A DNA stretch of 64,000 bases from Antedon mediterranea (GCF_964355755.1 NC_092675.1:18386912-18450911); one strand, 5' to 3'. Shown: positions 53,201 through 64,000, counted from the stretch's first letter. The notes: a model not told the origin generated them from the letters alone. Program-made: numbers and translations.

Positions 53201-53225
53201 TTCTGAGGACAATGTAGATCATTGA
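44213..53225 (+). CDS. Gene B: nicotinic acetylcholine receptor alpha-type subunit (alpha9/alpha10-like, divergent); join(44213-44264, 48553-48701, 50604-50648, 50985-51094, 51816-52354, 52675-53225), 481 aa
   Basis: Six GT-AG exons join in frame (52+149+45+110+539+551 = 1446 nt). Signal peptide, WRPDIVLYN, Cys-loop [19 protein letters not shown], vicinal CC, PESGEK, M1-M4. Same intron phases as gene A. Confidence 0.93.
44558..44990 (+). mobile_element. tRNA-derived SINE with Deu/Nin-like core, in gene B intron 1
   Basis: A box TGGCCGAGCGG, degenerate B box GGTTTGAGGC, core CTTCTCGGATAGGGACTATACACCGTAGGTCC...TTAAAGAACC...GAGTAGGGGGTTACCCCGGTG, (AAT)n tail. Confidence 0.8.
45885..46010. repeat. 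Degenerate ~36-bp tandem repeat (3-4 copies)
   Basis: AAAAACTAGG(C/T)CTA...ATAAGACAT units. Confidence 0.65.
46835..46990. mobile_element. ~155-bp MITE with long imperfect TIRs
   Basis: GTCTAAACTATCAAACT...TGTGATGTGCC / GGCACATCACA...AGTTTGATGGTGTAGAC; inverted copy at 62265-62386. Confidence 0.75.
47666..47918 (-). mobile_element. Two adjacent DINE-1/Helentron-like short elements (47666-47781, 47829-47918)
   Basis: Reverse complements of the 7766-7877 element: AACAAGGCCATA...(ACCG)n...AGAGTC(A/G)CGTT. Confidence 0.7.
48553..48701 (+). CDS. Gene B coding exon 2
   Basis: tttgacag|AT...TTT|gtaagt; [50 protein letters not shown]. Confidence 0.9.
50604..50648 (+). CDS. Gene B coding exon 3
   Basis: 45 nt; tttttag|GAC...CAG|gtag; [15 protein letters not shown]. 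Confidence 0.92.
50985..51094 (+). CDS. Gene B coding exon 4
   Basis: 110 nt; [36 protein letters not shown]. Confidence 0.93.
51816..52354 (+). CDS. Gene B coding exon 5
   Basis: 539 nt; ttttcag|T...G|gtacgt; Cys-loop, [10 protein letters not shown]1, M2. Confidence 0.95.
52470..52625. repeat. AGCAAAC/TAGTGTAGAC family fragment in gene B intron 5
   Basis: CTACACTAAACTTTA and TGTCAACTGGTCTACACTAGCAAAC, the reverse complement of the 43290-43312 motif. Confidence 0.6.
52675..53225 (+). CDS. Gene B coding exon 6 (M3, loop, M4, stop)
   Basis: cacag|GA AAA TAT; [15 protein letters not shown]...[14 protein letters not shown]...NVDH*. Confidence 0.93.
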
Positions 53226-56179
53226 AGGAAATTTTTAACATGCAAGCTCTTCTACTTTAACATTTTAGAACTCTGGAAAAGTTCCCTTAAAATATCTTTT
53301 TAAATAACTCATCACTTAAAATTATATATTAATAATCAGTATCATACTAGCCTAAAGTACAATACGGCGTACACACGAGGGACTGCCGTGTGAGGCATTC
53401 GTTCAGAGAAGTCGACTAAACGCTGAAGTAAATGTATATACTCCTTTCTCTTTGCCCATACAACGTGGCTGAAATCCAACGCGCACGTTGTATCTTACAC
53501 ACGGTAACCGAGTATTTAATAGCTAAAAACTGGAAGAAAACTGAAAGAACCTAAAATTTTATTGATTGGAATACCATCAATCCGCTAATATAACTTGCCA
53601 AATTATTTATAGCTTCGTCTACTCTACCTTAATATAAGTACTTTATGAACTCGCAATATTGTATTATATAATCATTTTACAGATATTATTCGATAGACCT
53701 TGAACTGGCCTGAACTTGAAAAACCATTTGTTATCTCACATAATTTCAACCCTACCACTTAAATACCTTAATAATATCTTACGAGGTTAAACAGAATACA
53801 TTACTTTCGTTCGCTATATTCCATTTTGCAGCGATTTTTAATACATTGGCTATCTTGATTTACATTTAATTACAATATGATTTTAGAGAAACTTTAAAAT
53901 GCTTTCCAAACTTATTATATACAAATAATAGTAGCTCAATAAATCTAAAATTCTAGCAGGTCTAGAGTAGATCAATTTGAATTGATTTGAAAGTCAGTAA
54001 CTCACAATTAAAGTAAGTATGAAGCATATATGTTTTTAAAATACGGCTGCAGACTAACTGCCGTGAATAATCTTCGAGTGCAGCGGCGCAATTCGTTCGT
54101 TTTTGGTGATTGCTGGTAAACGTAGAGTGATTTAAGACGAAGTTATAGAGTGATGTACTTTATCATGCAGTGTATTCACAAACATTGGGACTAATAAATG
54201 TGAATAATTTATGTTTCCAACAAAATCAAGAATGACGACAAATTACACCGGTCCAGATAACATTCATGTGTAATATTGCTAAAGGCACTTAGGCCTAACA
54301 AAACTATGATATTTTACATTAACAAAACCTTCTTGGTCAAGTTTTGCTAAAAATTGTACATTTAGACTGAAAGTGTAAAAACAGTGTTGTACTCCTTGTG
54401 GAGCCTTTAAGAAAATATTAGACATTAGTAGGTCACGGGAACACCATTAGAGAACGATGATATATATCAATGGAGTGTTACAACATATGCCACTTTGCAA
54501 AGTATTCTTAAAATATAGATAAAGATTCTAGTTTTACTCGTTTACTCATCCCTTACCATTTAAGGATTAGATTTAGAAGCAAAGACCTACAATGTAAAGT
54601 TCATAAAAAAAAAGTAAACGTACAGAAATGTGAGCTATAACGACCTTATGAGCATGCGCATTGTGACAACGAACATATCGTTAGACATAATTTATTGTAT
54701 GTTTCAAGTATTCTGTACATATTTATAATACGCCTAGTTCTTGTATTATAGTTACACATTTTAACATAAAACAAGATGAATATTATCTTGCAATAGTGAT
54801 ATAGATTAAGATTATGGAGTTTACCATGTTTTATGACGACAGAAATTGCAATGATACACAGTTCATAGTTTTTAAAAGATGGAGTATTTTCGTGAAATTT
54901 GTTTTCACAAACAAAAATTCCCACACATCTTAAAAAGTAAGAGCTATATTAAAATCGCAAAATATATTTAGTGGTACGGTATTACTGACGAATTCGAAGG
55001 TTGCTAAATTCATTATCTATCAAATGAATAAATACAGTTTCTAGGTAATAATACCTTAGAAAAAAAAAGTGTTATGGAACTATGCATTTATTAAGAAATC
55101 TAAGTTTGGAATGAAGTGTAAAATAAGTTCTTGTTTATTAACTATGATCAATGAATATACATTTTAACAAAATGTGTTATGGACAGATATGCAAAGCTTT
55201 AATGTTATGGTTGAGAAAATTTGAATTGAATGTTTTGTTTATTTGGCTTACTGGATCAATATATATATATATATTAATGTCACGGATGTAGGCCTACTGG
55301 TGGTTGGGCCTATGCGTTGCCAATGGGCGCCGCGTGGTGTGATGCCATGTCTTATATTTTAAAAACCATTTAAACTTGTGTAGTAAGATTACTTATTCCT
55401 CGTCAGTCAACACATGTTAATGATTTTAAAATACGTTTAACTACAGCACTGAATAGTTATGTCTTGAAAAAAGCTGATTAGAATTTTAATATATTATTTA
55501 TAATATTCCATATGCGCAATATTATAGTGAAATACTATGTATAAATAGATGTAGACAAACAATGTTACAGTAAATGTTTTTTAAGTAAAGATAACTTCGT
55601 GGTACGCCTTTTATTTCTATGTTATGCATTGATTCGCATTAACAATGACAGATCAAATGCATTAAATCATTAGGAGTATTAGCTTATTTACGTCAGAAGT
55701 AACATTTATCAAACAGTGATGTCACGATCAACAAATTGGCATTAATTTCCAACTCATTTCAAAACTGTTTTTGAAGAAGCAGAATCAGCAACTATATAAT
55801 TGCAACTAAACAATTCAAATAACTTAAGACTTAATCAAAAATATTATTATTTAAATCATCTCAGTCAATCGTTAACATGATGAAGTCAGTGAGGATTGCG
55901 AATTGAACTGTAAAATGGAATTTTCAATATCGCATTCGTCGTGTTAGGCCTCAATATATAGAAACATACTAAACAAGAACAGATACCAGTTCACCAAAAC
56001 AAGTTGTAGACATTTACTCCTAAAATAAGAACCAAACTTCTTGTTTTGACTCCTAAATTTGGAGCCAAACTTGTGTTGCCTCCTACAGTAAGAACCCAAC
56101 TTCTCTTTTTGCCTTCTAAAGTGGAAAACAAACCCGTAGAGACGCATAATCTGGATCGACACGTTAATAAAGGCACAGG

Positions 56180-57013
56180 TTTTTAGTCGCGTGGACGCGA
56201 CTATATAGTTCACTATGTCGGTCGGTCGGTCCGGTATCACTATGCGTTTTATCGCTTTCTGACCTTATCTTGATATCAGTTTAATCTAGCTAAGTCAATT
56301 TTTGACAGTATATTCCTTATGGCCAGGAATCGATGGGGTTATGTTTTCACGGTGCGCAATAAAAAATTACGCGGTCTACGCCCGATTTAACGAAATCACC
56401 TTTGTAATCATATCTTCACAACCATGAATCACAATTAAATAAAATTTGGTACTCATAAATTTCAGGGCATAAATCATCATATGGCAATATAATTACGTGC
56501 GTAGCGCATGTAACGCATGCGTACGCGCGCTTAAAATTTTCAAAATTTATTTTCGATGAAATAAGAGTACGTTTCAGGCAATTTTAAGCGTTTACAAAAC
56601 TGCCATGAGTGCGCAGATTTCGCGTTAAATGTCGTTGCGCACTCTTTTTGCCCGATTTCTGTTTTCTTGACTTACTTTTCAACTCGAAATTACGTTATAC
56701 GAGCACGTCAAAAGTGACAGGCTACGCACGTGTAAATTAAAAAAATATAAATGTTTTTAAACATTTCAACATTTTTAAACATGTTCAGTAATTTCGGTCA
56801 GTTGGTAGGTTGGTCGGTCGGTCTGTAAACACTAATGAGTACGCGACTGCAGCCATTTATATGGCCTTGTTATTTTACTTTTAGACTTTGTTGGAAGATC
56901 ACTTTACAATACGCAACTCTACCAGCTCACTATGTCGGTCGGTTGGTCGGTCGGTCGGTTGGACGGTAAACAACACGTTGAGCACGCGACTGCAATCATG
57001 TATATGGCCTTGT
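56180..57013 (+). mobile_element. Long (~690 bp, 56180-56871) DINE-1/Helentron-like element plus an adjacent short copy (56922-57013)
   Basis: Same hairpin AGTCGCGTGGACGCGACT, (CGGT)n and terminal ATGGCCTTGTT, with CpG-rich internal sequence. Confidence 0.65.
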
Positions 57014-57682
57014 TCCCATTAAATTTAAGCAATCTGAATTTGTACGGACATGTTCTCAGATCCATATCAACTCTATGAACATCAATGAAATCAGGACAAA
57101 TGATGCTGGGAATTACTGATATGACAAGTAAGCATATATTTTGTATCATACCTACGTCAAAGTTTATTTATTATTTTATAAAGCTATATATTCAATAAAC
57201 TTAGTATTGAAAATTTAAATGGAAAGATATTATTGGATAGCACACGGTGACAATAATTTACATTAGTTTTTCTGCGACAGAAATAAAATTCAACTTAGTA
57301 TTGATTCTTTAAAGTATGAATTTAGAAATACTGATTTTGCAATATTATAACAACGAAATATGTAATTAATGTATACATTATAATGTATATTCATATTTTT
57401 TCATATATTGTCTAATACTATTATATCGATATTAAAAATTCAATATTAATCCTTAAAACTATTTTTATCTAATATTATATCGAACGTATTTGTTGAACCC
57501 AAGTAAGGGTAAACAATTTAGAGAATTATTCATCACACGTGTCGTATCTAAGATATGTATAATTTTTCGTTATTTCGGACTTCATATGAATAGAAAACTA
57601 TAGATAACTACAAAAACAACGTTCCATTTTTTACGAAGCTTCAATTCAACAAGAAAAAAATTATTTTCAACTCTCCAGGGTG

Positions 57683-57985
57683 GGTGAGTGGCCGAGCGGT
57701 TAAGACAGTGGAACCGTAATCACGTAGCCATAACATCGGCAGGGGTTCGAGCCTCACTCACTCCATGGTTCTGGTGGTAGAACGAGTCTTCTCGGATAAG
57801 GACTATAAAGCGTAGGTCCAGTGTACACAACTTGCTCGTGTGCACTTTAAAGAACCTAGTACATCTTTCGAGACGACTAGGGGGTTACCCCGGGGTATTA
57901 GTACATCACAGCCACTGATCACCAACTGGGCCCTCTGGGAGACCAGTCTTTGACTGAAGAGGTTACCCAGTATAAATATAAATTT
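57683..57985 (+). mobile_element. tRNA-derived SINE with Deu/Nin-like core
   Basis: A box TGGCCGAGCGG and B box GGTTCGAGCC; ~220 nt closely similar to 44558-44780; stem-loop 3' tail ACTGGG...CCCAGT. Confidence 0.82.
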
Positions 57986-58054
57986 CAACTCTCCAGCTGA
58001 TTTTGAATCTAATCAATGCAACCCACTTCTCCACCCGCCGCAAACAACAGCAAA

Positions 58055-58120
58055 ACAAGGTACTTACTTACCTAACAAGGTACTGTACTTACCTAACAAG
58101 GTACTGTACTTACCTAACAA
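58055..58120. repeat. 22-bp tandem repeat x~3
   Basis: AACAAGGTACTGTACTTACCTA units. Confidence 0.8.
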
Positions 58121-58509
58121 AGATTCAAATTCAATTGTTGACCGTCCGCATTGATCTCCCTCTTTAACTTTTATGATGGTAGCCAGATTTCTGAACAATT
58201 CTTTTTCATAATAGAAATAATCCTTTCTAAAAGCATTATAATCAATGTAAAACAACGTACTATGTATAATGCACTTTCATCGCATCACTTAATGAATATC
58301 CTCTCAAGAAATCCTATTCCAGAACCTGTATTTTAATTGACATTCTATAATTACCATACACACAAGAAAACAATCAGCCTTTTAATTGTATACAATTGCT
58401 AGGATAATGACGTCACATTCAACCGACGCAGTTGTGGGATGCTAGGTGTATGACCATAGTATGCAAATTAGTATAGATTCAAATAAATTAACACTCTAAA
58501 TACACGTGT

Positions 58510-60722
58510 TCTTACTTGAATCTTACTTGAATCTTCGGGCTCATGGTTAAGGCAAATGCCTTTTAAACGCCCTCCATTTCTTCTGTATTAAACTAGAATT
58601 GGTAGCAAAATTTATCTCCCATTGCTCTGTCTTTGTTTAGGTGGTCCTTGAATGCATTAATGTTTTCTGCTTGTACTGTAGTGTGGTATAGATTGTTCCA
58701 TGTGTTGACGATTCTACTTGAAAAGGAGTAGCTTCTGATTTTCAGTCGAGCTCTTGGCTTTCTTAATTTGAATTGATGGCCCCTTGTTCTACTTTCCTCT
58801 CTAAAATCAAAAAAGGTTTCGGCTTCAATATCATCCAAGCCCTTGATAATTTTAAACACTTGTATAATGTCCGCTCTCCTGCTTCTGTAATTCAGTGTAG
58901 GGAGTCCAAGCTCTTTTAAGCTCTGATCGTAAGATTTATCTCGTAACTTTTTGACAATTTTAGTGGCCCTACGCTGCACTCTTTCAAGCTTATCCAAATC
59001 ACCTTTTAGGAGAGGGTACCATATACAGCTTGCGTATTCCAGATGAGGTCGAATTATACTTTTATAAAGGGGCAGGAACATATCCTTATCCATGTAAGCA
59101 AAAGATCGCCTTACCAGTCAAATGAGTCTATTTGCTTTATTTACAGCTTCATTCGTTTGTAGTGAAAATTTTAAAGACTGATCAAAAGTAACTCCAAGGT
59201 TTTTTTTAGTATTGGCAGTTGGCAGATCCTCGTCACCTTCCTCTGTTGGGATAGTGTATTTCATTTGTGGATTTGAATTTCCATAATGAATTACTTTACA
59301 TTTATTGATGTTGAATTTCAGCTGCCATCTTTTAGACCAATCAGATAATGCATTAAGATCATTTTGAACTGTATCATTTCTGTTTTCATGCACAACATAA
59401 AACATCTTAGTGTCATCTCCAAACATCCATACTTTAGATTTAACTGCATCAGGTAGATCGTTTATGTAAATTATAAATAATAAAGGGCCTAACACGCTGC
59501 CTTGAGGGACTCCGCTTTTAACCATAGACCATTCAGAAAATGCTGCGGCCACTCTAACTCTTTGTCTTCTCCCTGTCAAAAATTGATGTATCCATCTCTC
59601 AGCAGATTTCCTTTTATTCCATACGCTTCCAATTTTGTTATTAATCTCTGGTGGGGGATAGAATCGAACGCCTTACTGAAATCCAAGTATACAGCATCAA
59701 AGTTTTCCCCTGCATCCAGCAATTTTGTCCATTCTTCCATCACCTCCAGCAATTGTGTGACGCAAGATCTACCTTTCCAAAACCCATGCTGTGCTTTTAT
59801 AATAAGGTTTCTATCATTTAGAAACTGTATAATGTTGTCTCTCACAATTGATTCCAAAAGTTTGCATACGACAGATGTCAAACTTACTGGCCTGTAGTTT
59901 CCAACCTCCGTCTTGTCCCCTTTCTTAAATATTGGTACTACATTGGCAAATTTCCAGCACTCCGGTAACTGTCCAGTCGATAGTGATTTGTTGTATATTG
60001 ACGTCAATGGAGTTGCTACAATTTCTTTAAGTTCCTTCAGTACTCTTGGATGCACATCATCTGGTCCAGCTGATTCATTTGAGTTCATCTGCTGAAGACA
60101 TGTAAGCACTTCCTCCTTTGTCACTTCAATTGAATCCAAATGGTCATCCACCTAAACTCTATGTGTAACTTCTGGCAATGACTCGAGGTCTTCATTTGTG
60201 AATACACTTGTGAAAAATGCGTTGAAAATTTCAGCTTTATGCTGATTGTCACCGGCCATATTACCCTTTCCATCCTTCACCAATCCAATAGATTGAGTTG
60301 TTTTGGTTTTCTCTCTTACATATTTCCAGAAACTTTTAGGATTAGTTTTTACTTCATTGCATATTTTCCGCTCAAGTGCAATCTTTGCTGCCCTTTTTCA
60401 CCCGTTACTATATTTCTTGCCTTTTTGTAACTGTCATAATCTTTCTGTTGTCGAGACCTTGTAAACTTTTTCCATGCATTGTGTTTCATTTTAATTTTCC
60501 TCTGAACGTCACCAGTCATCCAGATAGGTTTATTTTCTTTTTTTATGTTTGACTTGGGAATACAGATCTGAACAGCATTTCTTATTGATTGATTTAAAGC
60601 TTCACAGGCCTCTTTGTATTTTCAAATTGGTAGTCCACCTCAGTAATCAATTCTTTCATATTAATATAGTCACCCTTGTTGAAATTTAGCTTGTATTCCA
60701 TTTTCTCTTGTATTTTAGTTAC
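58510..60722 (-). mobile_element. 5'-truncated, frameshifted CR1-clade LINE (ORF2 reverse transcriptase)
   Basis: GPDDVHPRVLKEL, NYRPVSLTS, YLDFSKAFD, SGVPQGSVLGPLLF, FGDDTK, LYKSIIRPHLEY, RTRGHQFKL, WNNL across three frames; 3' tandem tail (AAGATTCAAGT)n. Confidence 0.93.
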
Positions 60723-60728
60723 CTGTGT

Positions 60729-60870
60729 CCTACTTGGACGCAATGCATCAACGTAGGCGCAACGCATGTTAGTAGTTGACTACTCACAAGAGAAAGTTTG
60801 GACAATCGTGATTGGTCAAATTACTTGAGGCGCGCTTAAGTTATTTCGTTGCGAAGTGGGAACCAATCTT
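60729..60870. mobile_element. MITE related to 18283-18413, abutting the CR1 5' break
   Basis: ACTTGGACGCAA ... TTGCGAAGTGGGAACCAA. Confidence 0.55.
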
Positions 60871-62264
60871 TATATAATCTATTCGCAGAGAAACCCGCCT
60901 TGTTTAAACGTATAGACCAGATAGTTAAAAATCACACGTTTGCAACAAAGGTGTTATTACATTAAAAAAAAAACATTTTTAAATTTGTCATAAGAAGGCT
61001 TTTTATCAGATGCAGCCTTATGAACCCTGATTGAACTTTAATCAGTTCTTCGAACACAGAGAGACGGCTGGAAGTACGGACGGGAACAAGGAAATGACAT
61101 TAATGTGTTGTTTTCGATAATAAAAATGTTGATCAGTATGTTTTCGCAATATGGTAAACAAAATTGTTTCATCCATACGATAAAATTAACATAACACATG
61201 CAATAATGTTAGAATGGTTTGTTAGCATCAAAGTCGGCAATCGTAAACGTCACGTTTAATTATGTTGATATACGTCATGGTACCAAAGTTTCATTTGATA
61301 AATATCTGGGATAAATTGTTACAAATTTGGATAGCGCCATCTATTAAAAAAAATCATTATTATTGGCGTCAACAGTACGTCACATGTTTTGGTAATTGTC
61401 AGTTGAAAATAGACGAAATATGACATGAAAAATCTTATGCTAAATCAGGATTGTATGTTTTATTTTTGTTGAATTTCACCACTGTTAAATCCTGCATAAA
61501 CAACGAGTTCATCATCCATTAGGTATACATAATGGAAATTTGGACTCCCAACGATTCCAAAAAGGGTTGAAACTTCGATGAATTAATACTGCAGTCTATT
61601 TCTAGATACAGGCATACAACAGAGGTCTAGGGTTAATATACTCTTTTAAAGTTAACTGAACACACATGGGTACCAACAAACCGTATAGCAGACAGGAATA
61701 GAATAGGAATACATAGGCCTAACTTTCTGAAATTGAAAGGATTTACAAGAATAAATATTTTCACTTCGACACACATTTTCACAAATTAACACTACTTTGT
61801 AAAACATATCTGAAATGATAACAGGTGATGCCTCTTGAAATAGGGTCATATACATTAGTTTGCTACAGAGACCAATTTGTTAAACCACAAATACAAATCA
61901 AATATAAACGAGATTATTACCAATTTGTTTTAATGCATTTCTATAATCGTAATCTTAATCAAGATAATTTATCAACATAAATCTGGATTTGATTTTTGAA
62001 ATAAGTTGTCAAGAAGGAAAATTGGCTTGCATAAAATTCAGAAATCACATAATGTAATTTAACTATCAAGCATATACATAATACATATATTACACATCCG
62101 AGTATATCCTTACCATCTGATTAGTTAGTTCAGTGCCGTTCAGTATACAAGTTCTACGGTACGCAAAAGCGGCGCGGTGCCTTTTTAAATAGCATAGCCT
62201 CGCGTCTAAAATTTTACATAGATGTCCGATGAAAGCAGCAGATTAGTTGAAAAAAAGTTTACTT

Positions 62265-62386
62265 CAAACTTTATGTGACAAAAACATGAGATGTGCCCAC
62301 ATATGGATATGGATACGATGACATCATATCACTACCATTATTTAGGCACATCACACTTTTTTTGTCGAACTAGTTTGATAGTATAG
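62265..62386. mobile_element. MITE copy (inverse of 46835-46990), ends eroded
   Basis: TCAAACTTTATGTGACAAAA...GATGTGCCC...GGCACATCACA...ACTAGTTTGATAGT. Confidence 0.7.
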
Positions 62387-63562
62387 GTAGGTAGATAGTA
62401 TAGGTAGGTAGATAGTATAGGTAGGTAGATAGTATAGGTAGGTAGATAGTATAGGTAGATAGTATAGGTAGGTAGATAGTATAGGTAGGTAGATAGTATA
62501 GGTATGTAGATAGTATAGGTATGTAGATAGTATAGGTAGGTAGATAGTATAGGTAGGTAGATAGTATAGGTAGGTAGATAGTATAGGTAGGTAGATAGTA
62601 TATGTATGTAGATAGTATAGGTAGGTAGATAGTATAGGTAGGTAGATAGTATAGGTATGTAGATAGTATAGGTATGTAGATAGTATAGGTAGGTAGATAG
62701 TATAGGTAGGTAGATAGTATAGGTAGGTAGATAGTATAGGTAGGTAGATAGTATAGGTAGGTAGATAGTATAGGTAGGTAGATAGTATAGGTAGGTAGAT
62801 AGTATAGGTATGTAGATAGTATAGGTATGTAGATAGTATAGGTAGGTAGATAGTATAGGTAGGTAGATAGTATAGGTAGGTAGATAGTATAGGTAGGTAG
62901 ATAGTATAGGTAGGTAGATAGTATAGGTAGGTAGATAGTATAGGTAGGTAGATAGTATAGGTAGGTAGATAGTATAGGTAGGTAGATAGTATAGGTAGGT
63001 AGATAGTATAGGTAGGTAGATAGTATAGGTAGGTAGATAGTATAGGTAGGTAGATAGTATAGGTAGGTAGATAGTATAGGTAGGTAGATAGTATAGGTAG
63101 GTAGATAGTATATGTAGGTAAATAGTATAGGTAGGTAAATAGTATAGGTAGGTAGATAGTATAGGTAGGTAGATAGTATAGGTAGGTAGATAGTATAGGT
63201 AGGTAGATAGTATAGGTAGGTAGATAGTATATGTAGGTAGATAGTATAGGTAGGTAGATAGTATAGGTAGGTAGATAGTATAGGTAGGTAGATAGTATAG
63301 GTAGGTAGATAGTATAGGTAGGTAGATAGTATAGGTAGGTAGATAGTATAGGTAGGTAGATAGTATCGGTAGGTAGATAGTATAGGTAGGTAGATAGTAT
63401 AGGTAGGTAGATAGTATAGGTAGGTAGATAGTATAGGTAGGTAGATAGTATTGGTAGGTAGATAGTATAGGTAGGTAGATAGTATAGGTAGGTAGATAGT
63501 ATAGGTAGGTAGATAGTATCGGTAGGTAGATAGTATAGGTAGGTAGATAGTATATGTAGATA
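62377..63562. repeat. 17-bp minisatellite (GATAGTATAGGTAGGTA)n, ~70 copies
   Basis: Directly visible and highly homogeneous, with sparse variants. Confidence 0.98.
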
Positions 63563-64000
63563 ACTAGTAGGTGGGTACAAACAATAAAACGAATTTAAAA
63601 TATTCAAAATTGATGAAATATTAACATAATTAAAGGGTATGCCGCTTATATTAACAGATTCTTAAATACATGATATTATTAATATATGCCTATCAAAATA
63701 TATTGCACATAAAGCTGGTAAACTGAAATCATAGTGTTCTACAGAGCCCACATACAATAACATTTGCTTTTATAATTTATAGCAATCAAATAAAAATAAT
63801 AATTTGCAATTTGTATAAATATGTGATTATAAAATTTAGATGCATCTACACCAGCATAACATAAATTGGCGATTTCAGGGCACCCGGCCCATACTATAGA
63901 CGCCAATAATTCATGAGAGGCAATCTATTTGCAATCTAATCATGTTTTTCTAAATTCTAATTAGGTCTATATAAGCTTAAAATCTTATCTTAAATTCTAT

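Noticed and set aside
57945-57975. CTGAAGA as a hammerhead ribozyme core (also at 33161)
   Set aside because: No stem II followed by GAAA and no stem III; better explained as a SINE 3' stem-loop or chance.
58593-60151. RT ORFs as a host gene or novel RT system
   Set aside because: Typical frameshifted, 5'-truncated CR1 LINE with a standard 3' tail.
62351-63607. 418-aa Tyr/Leu-rich ORF
   Set aside because: Stop-free translation of the 17-bp minisatellite, with no splice or domain evidence.

Overview
AT-rich animal genomic DNA with spliceosomal introns. The host is probably an invertebrate deuterostome such as an echinoderm, inferred from Deu-domain SINEs. The only host protein-coding genes I can support are two paralogous nicotinic acetylcholine receptor (Cys-loop) alpha-type subunit genes arranged head-to-head. 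Gene A is on the minus strand (6 coding exons, 11940->840, 489 aa) and gene B is on the plus strand (6 coding exons, 44213->53225, 481 aa). They share intron positions and phases and have alpha9/alpha10-like traits, but their agonist-binding and pore residues are remodelled. The rest is introns and a ~32 kb intergenic interval with decayed LINEs (RTE with a nested RTEX-like insert, Rex-Babar, CR1), tRNA- and 5S-derived SINEs, DINE-1/Helentron-like elements, MITEs and tandem repeats. The most unusual signals are the divergent receptor pair and a strong excess of the palindrome TAGGCCTA, with one case where the pre-insertion state can be reconstructed. All gene models and counts were made by eye, and TE clade calls rest on motif recognition rather than database searches.
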